Source: Guillardia theta CCMP2712 (taxonomy: Eukaryota > Protista > Cryptophyta). Taken from it: 64,000 nucleotides of DNA. This document shows, in pieces, positions 34,536 through 45,528 of the stretch (position 1 is its first letter; the number at the start of each line of letters is the position of its first letter). The notes under the pieces were generated by a model. It made no database searches. It saw nothing but the letters and a program-made list of their open reading frames with translations, and was not told where the DNA came from. The translations under genes and the position numbers were made by a program. The stretch covers positions 1,003,650-1,067,649 of the forward strand of contig NW_005434673.1 in NCBI RefSeq assembly GCF_000315625.1, read 5' to 3'.

Positions 34536-37500
34536 TTACACGTATCCACACTCTTCGCATTCGAATCCTCGTTCTCGTTCAAACCCCGACCTGGAACGCG
34601 GCAACATCAGATCATGAAGTGAACGTATCCTCTTCACCTGAGGACGAGACTGCACGACGTACGGGGACCCTCCCGACCAGCATCCCTCGATGTCCTGCGG
34701 CTTTCCTCCCATCGCCCCCTCCACCTCCTCTGCCAGCTTGCAGATGTTCATCACCAACTTGTCCAGCTCGCTAGTCGTCTGAATGATCGGATCCTTCCTG
34801 TACCCGATGATCTCGCGCTCGTAGTCGACCAGGGGCACGCTGTCGAAGAGCCCGGCGCCAGCGAAGTCATGAAGGTCCTCCGCGTCTGAATCAGAGCGGA
34901 AGACGAGTCCTCTTGCTCGCAGCATGACGCTCTTGCTAGGCATGCTCTCTATCCTCAGGACCTCATGGCTTCCCCTTCTGCACACAACACTGAGGGAGCG
35001 TCCTGGGAAGTTGCCGACGATAGCCTCGCCATGGCCCTTTGCGATCTCGATGTAGATCTCTGAAGGGTCCAGGTTGAGCGGGTTGACCGTGTGGACAACG
35101 AACGCATACTCAGCCTCGACGATCTGCTGGAGCAGGACAGCCATTCTGATCCTCTCGTTGGAGATCCCGGCCTTCTTACAAGAGAGAAAAGCTCGCTCGT
35201 TCCACACTGACGACCAGACCCTTTTGATACAGTCTAGCGACTCTTGCTCGTCGACGACGACCTGCCTGAAGACTCCATCTTGAAGGCTGCGAGCTATGTC
35301 GGCTCTGACCTCGTCGGGCACCTTGAGATCGAGGATGATGTTCTTGATGTCTTGCAGCTTACTTGGGATGTCCTCCGCATCGAGAACCCCCAGCTGCTTC
35401 ACAATCTCCGCGTACTTGCGCTGACTGTCCCTGTTATCCTGATGCTGCAAGACGTACTGGAAGACCCCAAAGGGTATCAAAGCTGATTTCGGTGTCTTGA
35501 TCCAGTCTGGCAGCCTCCTCCTTACGTTGAGCAAGTTCATGGTCTTGCCTCCTGCAACCTTCTTGCCCTCCTCAAGAATCTCTGATTCGAGGTAGACGAA
35601 CTTGGACGGAGGTGTCGAGCGCTCTTCCTCCTCCTCCTCCATCCGTCGAGAGGAACCATGTGATGTATGCGAGTCCACCATGTCATCCATCGCTCCTTCT
35701 GCCATCTCGATCGAGACCCGCTGCTCCAGCACCTGACAGACAACATCCTTCCCATCGAAGTCGAGGAACTGATGGAAGGATGCCAGGTCGAAGCAGGACG
35801 CGAACATCACGTGGGTGTTCCTCGCCCTCACAGCTATGTGTGACAGGACGTCAGGAGAGTCCTGCGTTATAACCGCCACCACTCCCTCGGGTATCTCTTC
35901 CTCTCCGCTTACTCGACTTGACAAGAGGACTGTCGGGCAGTCAAAGCTCTTGAACTGCACGTCCTTGACATCGGCGATCATGACAACTCCTCTAGCCCTC
36001 CTGCTTCCAGGCGAGATGACCTGCCATGACGGCAGCACTCCTGACCTGCGGAAGGCCTGAACAGCCTTCTGATGGATGAGAGAAACGGCGAACCCGACTC
36101 CTCCTCGCACCACTCCCTCAGTGAACATGGCGATGTTCCAGGTCTCGGGGGTCTTGTCCGGGTTTCTTCTCCTTATGCTTCCACCCAGCTGCTCGGCTAT
36201 GGGCTGGAATAGGCGGTGACAGCGGTCGGCCAGCTGGCTCAGCATCCTCTCCAGGCGATCGAGATACGCTGCGGCAAGCAGCGCATGCCGGTGAGATTTG
36301 CTCTTCCACTCCTCCATGTTGATCCCCACCGTCTGGAGGAGACTGCTCCAGTCACGAAGAATCTCGACGAGCTCTGAGGTCAGGGAAAGCAGGGAAGAGT
36401 CAAGGTCCTCGTCCACCGAGCTCGACGCTCGTCGTAGAAACAGGCTCCTCATGTTTGAGGAGAAGAAGAGCGTGTAGCAGAGGGACTCAAGCGAGAGCAG
36501 CAGCCAAAGTGCCAAGTCCTTGACTTGCATACTTGAGAGAACTCCCTCCACCATCATCCTGCTCTGATCCTGTAGAGCGATGTCGAGGTAGAGCAGGTCG
36601 CGCACCTTGGGAACATGCTGCTCATGAAGAATTGATTCCCAGAGCAATCGGCGAGCAGCAACGGAGTTGAAGAAGGAGGTGAAAGTCTCCTGGTAGGCAG
36701 GAGAAGGATGGGTCCTCTCCACCTTCACTGCCTCCACAAGAGCGTTGAGATTCCCGGGGAGGAAACCTCTGCAGAGATCATGCGAGTGCTCGAGATCAGC
36801 TCCTGCGTGAACGGATTTGAGGATTTGGAGGTAGTTGCTGAGCTCGTTGATCAATCCATTCTACGCATTAAGGGAAGATGTTAGTGAAGATCAGGTTCAA
36901 GATTTAGAGGAGGCCAAGAAAGGAGTAATGAGATGAACTTTGAGAAGAAGGGAAGAATTTCTTGGACGTACCTTGATGGAAGGAAAGAAGATCGGATCTT
37001 GTAGAATGGGCCTCTCAAATGTTTGCAATCGCTGCTTGTCAAGCCCAAATTTGCTGAGGTGACTGTAGAATGCTTTGAGATCTCCATTAGATTGCAAGAA
37101 TTTGATGTAAGCCTCGCAGATGTAGATGTCATCAGGAGTGCAGTTGTTGTGCAACTTTTGATGCCATTCCTCCATCCACGTTCCCTTCCTCTTCTTGATC
37201 TCGAACTTCCTCATGATCACCAGGATCTCATCTCGGATCCTCTGTCCGTCGCCTCCTCCTCTTGGGATGGTAGACAGCATCATACGAAGAATATCGCGAT
37301 CAGACGCTGACTGTGAGGACTTCCAGTATTTGGCTACCACCTCCGACAGGATTTGGATTTCATCGGCAAGCTCTCTAGGCTTTGTGTTGTGCCTCCTTTG
37401 CCATGAGAGCTGTCTGGTTTGGGAGAATCTGAGCCAAACAAACAAATGTCGCAGCATCTCCCTGCTTTGCGAAGAGGTGATCATATCCCGTGCTGTCCTG

Positions 37501-39331
37501 AATCGCTCCATCAGGCTCAGGCCCCCTCGGCTTTCAAACTCGAGGATGGGCATGATCATAAGCGAGTCGTTGCCAACATCAGCCTCGAAGTCTGTCATGC
37601 CCTTGTGACCCCTCTCGAACCTCGTCAACGGCACGTGAAAGTCACTCCCTCCAGCTGTCTTGTACCATCTGTTTTCCACTGCATCCTTCAGCACGAAGTT
37701 GATAGCGATCGGTAGCGCTGAGTTCTCGCTTGCATGATTCATGTCAGCAATCACTAGTTTGATCTCGTAGATTGGCACTCCTTTGTCGTCCACTCCGGTA
37801 CTATCAAAGTTCGTCTGGACGGCGTTGTTGAGAACGTTTGATTGAGAAGGAATCATGTAGTCTCGTGGTAATTTCCAATCGCCTGTTCAGATTCATGGGA
37901 GTCAGACCAGAGCGCAAAAGAGAAGTGAGAAGAAAAATAGCAAAATGAGATGTGAAAGGACAACAAGGAAGATGATGGTATTAGAGTAAGCGATGATTGG
38001 TCAAGAGAACAGGAAGTGAGTTGAAAAAGAACAGAGGGGAAGGGAAAAGAACATGCCTGGCCTCTCATATCCGACGCTCCAGTGCATAGCGATTGGCTTG
38101 ATATCTTTCCCTGTCGGAATCACTTTGATACGAACAATCTCTCGCTCATCGTCGGTTTCCTTAAGGGCTATCAGCCTAGCTTGAATCGTCTTACCATCCT
38201 TGTCAAGACATTCGAACATGCTCTCATAGATCCTCGTGTCGGGCTCAGCCATCGCCTGAGACGAATTCTCGTCGCTCATCTTATCCGAATTTGTTGTTGT
38301 CGAATGAGGAGTCTGGGAATGATGCAAACCGTCGACCCACTGATTGACCCGAGATAGAGACTTCGCTGAGATGCTCTCGGAATTCTCACTTTGCGGCTGC
38401 GCATGAGAAGCTGACACCTTTACACTCTGTGCAAGGAAGCATCAAACAATGAAATTCCCGTCGACCTGCTGAAAGTTACCTGGTGTTCCCTCCTGTCATC
38501 TCCATCTAGAGCGATCGGCAGATTCGTTCTTTTCGCCAGCCTCTCCTCGAGCGTTCCATAATCTGCTTCACGATCAGCTGAAAACGGTCTTCCTTCACAT
38601 CCTCCATATCGGAAGGACTGCACCAGTCTTGATCTCCTTAAGATGCTTCAAGTGCTCATGGAATGGAGCAAAAACCGAATTTTCTCCCATTGGAAAAACT
38701 CTGCAAGTTGTAAAGTTTAAACTGGTCTGCAAAAGCACAATTCAAACCTCCCAGACTTGCTGTCGAACACTTTGAAACGAATACCCAAGAAATCATCGAG
38801 CGACCCTCCGCGGGTTCCGTCGACTGCGATATGTAACTCTTCATCCATTGGTGTTCGAACCAACTTATCATTCAGGTCTGTTGAACCTTTTGGGAGTTGA
38901 ATACCAAAATCTTTCGTAACAACCTTGGGATGCTCCAGCGAGCTGATGTCCTTCACCACCACACCCCAGTGCATCTCTAACCCTCTCTCCGGCGCCGAGC
39001 ACACCAGCCGAACTCCCCTCTCGTCTTTCAACACCTGCACATGAGCTGTGAACAAACCGTGGCCATCGATGGCTTGCTCAAAGATGGTGGTAGAGTGCCC
39101 TCCTCGCAAGGTCAGACGATTCCTAGCCGCCCTCTCCTTCTGCATCAGGAAAGCTTTGAACTCCGTAGGAGACAACCCTCGCTTTCCGTTTAGGTCAGAG
39201 CTAGCGGGGGGGATCTGATAATTCGGATTCCCGTCGCGGAAACTGAGCACCTGACAAGGACCTCCAAGCAAGACGATAGTTGTGATCAATTGCAGACAGA
39301 AAGAAACATCTCTGTTGGCGAAGAAAGCCAT
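34536..39331 (-). CDS. GWD: Alpha-glucan water dikinase (GWD/R1) with bipartite targeting leader and CBM45-like modules
   Basis: Phosphohistidine motif PDVLSHIAVRARN; WHQKLHNNCTPDDIYICEAY; WLRFSQTRQLSWQRRHNTKPREL; nucleotide-binding domain FRSDSDAEDLHDFAGAGLFDS, DIEG..VVQSRPQV; CBM45-like MHWG and INFVLKD..W..GSDFHVPL. Confidence 0.93.
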
Positions 39332-39839
39332 CTGTGATGTTCTTGCGGTGGAAAAGGCGATGCTGCACTGTAGAAAGATCGAATAAGCACAATGTTTGAA
39401 TGTTCAATAGTTCGATACACATAGAGAACGTTTCAACTTACCACTCGATGATAATGAACGATCAAAAGAGACTAGATGCGTTTGTAGGAAAATAAGGATG
39501 TGGAAGCGAATGGAATACAGAGACACTTTCAGTAAACCACATAGGGGCGAAAATCTTACGTCCTTTGTGGATTGAGTGTAAGACTACTACCTCTATCATT
39601 ATCTAGTTACGTGATCTTCTACATCACTATTCGGGAATGGACTTTCACATCTTGTTACTTGTCGTAACTAGAAACTTCAGCATCATGTTGATCTCAGACT
39701 TATAATCAATTACAAGTGTTCAATTCCATGTTACAAGTGTTCAATTCTTGGTGGAACAATGGAAGTAGATTCATGTAAGTACCACTTGAAGAATGTGCGA
39801 GGAAAAACAGTATAAGATTGCCATAGTTGTTTCATTGAG

Positions 39840-40429
39840 GGAGGAGCAGGAGCAGGAGCAGGGGCAGAAGTAGGGGCAGGAGCAGGGGTGAGAGCAGGAC
39901 CAAGACGAGGACCAGGACAGCATGTTGGGGTGAGAGCAGGGGCCGATGCAAAACCAAGACCAGGAGCAGGAGCAGGAGCAGGAGCAGGGGCAGGCAGGAA
40001 CAGGTGCAGAAGTAGGGGCAGCGGCATCGGTAGGTGCAGCGGCAGCGCCAGGGGTGCACCTAGCACGGGAGCGCCAGAAGCAGGAGCAGGAGCAGATGCA
40101 GGTGCAGGTGCAGATGCAGATGCAGATGCAGGAGCAGGAGCAGGAGCAGATGCAGATGCAGGAGCAGGGGCAGGAGCAGGAGCAGGGGCAGGGGCAGGAG
40201 CAGATGCAGGAGCAGGAGCAGGGGCAGGAGCAGCAGCAGCAGCAGCAGCAGGAGCAGCAGCAGCAGCAGGAGCAGGAGCAGGAGCAGGCAGGGGCAGGAG
40301 CAGGAGCAGGAGCAGGAACAGGGGCAGGGGCAGGAGCAGATGCAGGTGCAGGTGCAGGAGCAGGAGCAGATGCAGGTGCAGGTGCAGGAGCAGGATGCTA
40401 GGAGCAGGCAGGGGCAGGGGCAGGGGCAG

Positions 40430-40470
<41 letters not shown>

Positions 40471-40491
40471 CAGGGGCAGGGGCAGGCAGGG

Positions 40492-40525
<34 letters not shown>

Positions 40526-40710
40526 TAGCAAGAGCAGGAGCAGGCAGGAGCAGATGCAGGAGCAGGAGCAGGAGCAGGAGCAGGCAGGGGCAGGAGCAGG
40601 CAGGGGCAGGAGCAGGAGCAGGAGCAGGAGCAGGCAGGAGCAGGAGCAGGAGCAGGAGCAGGGGCAGGGGCAGGCAGGAGCAGGAGCAGGAGCAGGAGCA
40701 GGGGCAGGGG
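39840..40710. repeat. Large hexamer-family satellite (GCAGGA/GCAGGG/GCAGAT/GCAGGT)
   Basis: ~870 bp of variant GCAGNN units; source of the spurious poly-AG/QE/SR ORFs. Confidence 0.95.
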
Positions 40711-41336
40711 CACCTGTTGTCGGAGGAGCCTGATCAAACTTGCAATGCGGCCAAATGCACCCCCACCCCCATCTTGACTCTTCAAAGAACCCCTACTCAA
40801 AAAATCTTACCCCTACCCCTCCCGCCAACGATACATACCCCTACCCTGTGATATACCCGCATATTTACTGGGCTTTCAACCCCTACTTGAACCAAAAAAA
40901 ATTCTACCCCCACCCCGTGAAAATGGTCCATATACCCCCACGCCATTGACTGCTGCTGTAATTGCGGCAATGTTCGGTGAGCGACAACGATGTTCCTGCT
41001 CCTGCTGCTCCTGCTGCTCCTGCTGCTCCTGCTGCTCCTGCTGCTCCTCCTCCTGCTCCTGAACTCTCCTGTTTATGCCGCTGTTCCTCCTGCACCTGAT
41101 CCCTTGCTCCTGATGCTCCTCCACCCCCTCTTCCTCCTTTCTTTGTGCCTGCCACCCTCCTGCCACTTATCCACAATGAGTGCTCTTGCTTGTACAGCTG
41201 AACCTGTCTATATCCCATCTTCTAGTGGGATTCATGGAGAGACCGTGATGGAAAAAGAAAATGACAACGCAAAATGCAGTTGTTTTCCAGCTCACATTCA
41301 GCTACAGATAACGCTAGGAAGTTTATTGAGCTGAAG

Positions 41337-41510
41337 GACTCGTTCGGACAGAACTCGCTCATCCTTCAGTCCCTGAGCAGCCAAGCATGCGATCTTGTGG
41401 ATGGAGCCATGCCTGGGTGATACCCTCGTCTCTTGGAAGAACCCTGATCATGGATGAACTTTGTTCTAGATGGATGCCCACCTGGACTCCCACTGACGAG
41501 GAGAAAAACT
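41337..41510 (+). pseudogene. Chorismate synthase N-terminal relic
   Basis: Fragments DSFGQ, SCGWSHA (compare T[F/W]GESHG) and FVLDGCPPGLPLT(EE after frameshift) occur in the family order, followed by a GTAAG donor; no intact frame. Confidence 0.5.
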
Positions 41511-41718
41511 GTAAGAACTAGGACGTTGCTTCATATTTTCTCTGATGAATTTCTCTTCTTGCTCGTTGTTGATCTTTCAGTGACCTCTGGGGCAGGTGAC
41601 ATCCCCAAGGATGCCTTTTACTGTCAGGTCGTCGCCGGAGAAGTCTTGCGAGACAATGTTTCTAATCCTGGTGATCAGGTGTACAAGCAGCATCCTGCGA
41701 ACACCAACACTCCTGGCA

Positions 41719-44008
41719 TTATTCCGTCCTGTTAATTGATGAAGATATTTGGATCGGGAGTGCTGTTGTCTTGCTCCGAGAGACCGTAGTATTTGATTCA
41801 ACTAGGTTGTTGAAGAATGAATTTACATATTCAGAGAGATGAGAAGGTTGGCTAGCATGGATAAGTGGGTGAACGATGGTGAGAAGCACTTTAGTCACTG
41901 AAGTCTTCGATCTGGTCTTCAATGAGGGCCGCCTGAGACTTGAATCGCAAACTCTCCACCCTTGCATCGCTCTGACTATCTGCGAAGTGCTCTTGTCAAA
42001 ATCATTGTTGTGGGATATGTGTAAATTTGACCCACCTGGTTGACCCGCCTGCGGTTCTATAATACAAGGTACAATGGGTTCGTCGAAACCCTCTTTGAGC
42101 ATCTCTCGTGAGGGACGCTTGTACTTGCTGCTTGCTTGTCCGTTCTGCAACGTGAACGATGTCAACTCCTGCAGACACGATCTCTGAATAGCAGTCAGCC
42201 CAACGTCGGTCCTGTACGAAGCAAAGCGTAGGGGATGGAGAGGCAGCATGTTGACGAGGTCATCTGTCCTTGCCGTCGAGAAGGCTCGAACCACCTCGCT
42301 CTTCATGCGGTTTGCATAATTCTCGACAGAAAACATGGTTGGCTTGCAAAGAGGAACAAATTTCGCTTTCACTGCGTGCTTGTTGCAAAGTGGGATGGCC
42401 CGGCAAGATATTGAGACAGCGCATCGACTAGCATTTGTCGCCGCCTTCCCGCTCATGTTGTCATTGTGATAGGGGTTGTCGCTGGGATTCCAAGACGAGG
42501 CAACGAGCTCCGCTTCCGACAAGTAGCAGCAGGCTTCCGCTATGTCTTCAATCTCACTGTAGAAGGTGGGAAAATTTTCAAAGAGATAATCCAACAGAAT
42601 CTTCTCAGTCAATCCTGCTTTCTCCACCACCTCTTCCAGGTTTCCTGTGCCGGCTGCTATCTCCGTGCCCTTGTTAGGATTCACCTCGTCCTGTGATGCC
42701 TCTGAGGGATTCTGAGTCGGGCTTGACTTCTTGTGGAGAATTTTCCCTAACGCGTGAAAAAATGTATGAGAAGATTCTCTACCATACCCAGCTGAATCAG
42801 CGACTGACAGTGGTCTCGAATGTGCCCGATTTCGCCTCCCACCAGCGCATATCACCTGGAGCGAATTGATTGCACTGCGCATATCACCATCAGCCCACTG
42901 TACAACTGAGTCAACTACACTCTTTTCTGAACCAACACGAGCAGCACTCATGATTCTTTCTATACCCTTCTTCAAGAAAGTCTTGGCTATCGGATTCATC
43001 TGAATGACTTGAACACCCGGGAGGCCAAAGATGCATTGCGGCCAGGCAGCAAGACCTCGTTCGTTTGACTGATGATCTGTGTGAGTGACAACCAGAAGAC
43101 ACCTAACATGATTGAAGAACTGAACGAGCTCTGCCCTCAGCCGACTCCTTTGATGCTCCATGTGCATGTAAGGGACCTCGTCGAGGAGAATGAGTACGCC
43201 CGCATGATCGATCCCCGACTCTCCTTCGTTGTCGAACGTGATGATTGAATTCGACAACTGTCGACTTGAACGCAAGAAGCGCACTAGGTTGTCCAGCTCT
43301 GACTCATACTCTATCTCCAAACTCTGCACTCGATCATAGGAGATCGTTGGCTTGCTCTTCCACTCGACGACCTTGAGGCCCTTCTGGCTGGCCATCAACC
43401 GGACTAACGATGACTTTCCACATCCACTCGGCCCTCGTAACACTAAAATCTTGTTGAAGAGCTTGTGGCCCGCTCGCAGACACTCCATGCTCCGGTCAAG
43501 CCATGTGCTGAATTCAGATATCTTGGCTGAGTTGATAGAGAGCTCTTGCATGTTACCGGGAGAGAAATGATCTGCCCACATGTTCGTGATGGGAGCATGT
43601 TTGCTGGTTCGTGCTGTGAGGAGCAACAGGAATCAGGATGCTTACAACCAGAAGATTTGAAACGTTTACCTTCCGCCTCGAAGTCTTCAGTAGCATGCCC
43701 ACCTCTGGAGAATACAAGCGTTCGCTGGCGCCCTTTACCACTATCAAGGAGTCAGCACGATCATAAGGCCTTGATCAGGATAGAGTTCAGCAGCACCTAG
43801 TTGGTTTGCGAGTTTCATTTGACCTCTGGGTTCTGATTCTCCCTCCTCCTCCTTCTCCAGGATCCTCGTCCTCAGCAGCTCTCCCTTGAGGTTTTCGGCG
43901 TCTCTTCCTTTTGATTCGAGCCTCTTCCTCTGAATCAGAGTCTATCACAACTGTTGCTTCCTCCTCCTCCTCCTCCTGCTTATCTTGTCGGCGCGACACC
44001 CTCGGCAT
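41719..44008 (-). CDS. RAD17: Checkpoint clamp loader Rad17/Rad24
   Basis: MWADHFSPGNMQEL, Walker A GPSGCGKS, Walker B LILLDEVP, GDMRSAINSLQ, FFHALGKILHKK, YLFENF; 5' exon MPRVSRRQ with basic NLS KRKRRRK. Confidence 0.9.
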
Positions 44009-45528
44009 CCTGTTACTTCCCCACCATGGAACTGGAAGCCTGACTGGAAGCAGGGATCCACGTCGAGAGTCCGACGCAGACTCCGGTCCGGCACCGCCGG
44101 CCGCCTGGGCCCCGGCAGCCCAGGCCCGGGCCGCCGCTAGACTGGTGACTCGGAACTTGACAGTGCTTGAAGCAGTCACTCGGAGACCAGACAAGTTCAC
44201 GGACCGGTCGCGGGCGGCCCGACCCGGCCGCCGGGCCTCGACCTTCAAGCCTTGCTGCTGAACAGGGCCCGTGAGTGACAAATTAAAGATCAGTACGAGG
44301 ACAATCAGGAGAGTCGAGAAGGCTTGACCCTGAGCCAAACGGCGCCGGCGAGAAGAGAAAAGACAGCGAGAACCAAACCTATTCTTGGAGGCCTTGAGCT
44401 GACGAAAGATCCTGGACCGGATACGTTTGCAAGTCGGATACTTGAAAGCGCAGCGCATCGTCCTGCAAGAGTCCATCAGTGCTGGCCGCCCGGCCGCTGA
44501 TGGGAAGATAGGCCATGCTGAAGTCCAGGATTAACCCATGCCATCCGCGGCCTCCAGCCTAGTAGCCTTCAGTTGCGGAAGTTCAAAGTTAATCAGCGGC
44601 GAATCAACCTCCACCTCACTGGCCCTGAGAATCTATTTAACCCAAGATCCACCAAAGACTAACTCTCAGTACACCTGAGATCCTTACACCAACCTTATTC
44701 ACCTCAACGATACACAGCTGTGCTGTCTCTAACACCTTCACTGATGGTGATAGAACTCTCAGAAGAACCACACAACCGTTGAACACCGCCAACACCTCGG
44801 CTTTATTCACAGCAGTCACCTTCCCTTCACGGTCCCTTCCAGCCCAATTACAATGCACACCGCCCTGGACACGTGTCCTCCTAACCCCCTTTTCACTGCC
44901 TGACCCTCAGGCTCGTCGATTCCTTAATTCCAGACCTATGTCAAAGCCCACTTCCATCTCGCTGAGCTTCGTCCACCGATGAGACGCAATACCCTGAACT
45001 TCTCGCCGTCTTCAAGAACTTATCCGAGTTCTTACAAAAGTCCCCTACATGATGATCATCACTGAGGGCCATCACGGTATTTTTAGTAAGTTCAGGTCCC
45101 GGCAGTCCCGAGTCTGAGCTTCACCGGGTCAAGCTTGCTTTTAGACCGATTCAGAGCGGGGATGAGGGTTCCAGAAAAAATGTGCGCGGCAGAGGCGGGA
45201 GAGAAGGAAGGGAGAGGTGGGGAGGAGGAGAGGAGATGAAGGCAGAGGGACAAGCGAGGAGAAGAGGAGAAGCTTTGAGGGGAGATGCCTACAGCCGAAG
45301 GATGCGAGGCCTCACGTACCGAGCATGTTTGCGAATGTGGTTGCAGATGTATGTGCTGGTCATTTGAGGGGGGTTGGTCCCCTTCCTGCCGAGTGTCGCC
45401 TTGGGGGAGCATCTGATTGGTTTCACTTTGCAGGGCTACGTTGCTTCAACGTGTTGCGCCATGGCGGGTTGTGCCCTCTGATCGCGGCGCCTGTGTGATG
45501 TAATAAGTGCGGTTGCAACGGTCCAGAG

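Noticed and set aside
39731-40800. Silk/antifreeze-like poly-AG, poly-AP and poly-QE ORFs
   Set aside because: The hexamer satellite is open in nearly all frames and the same unit occurs in introns elsewhere.
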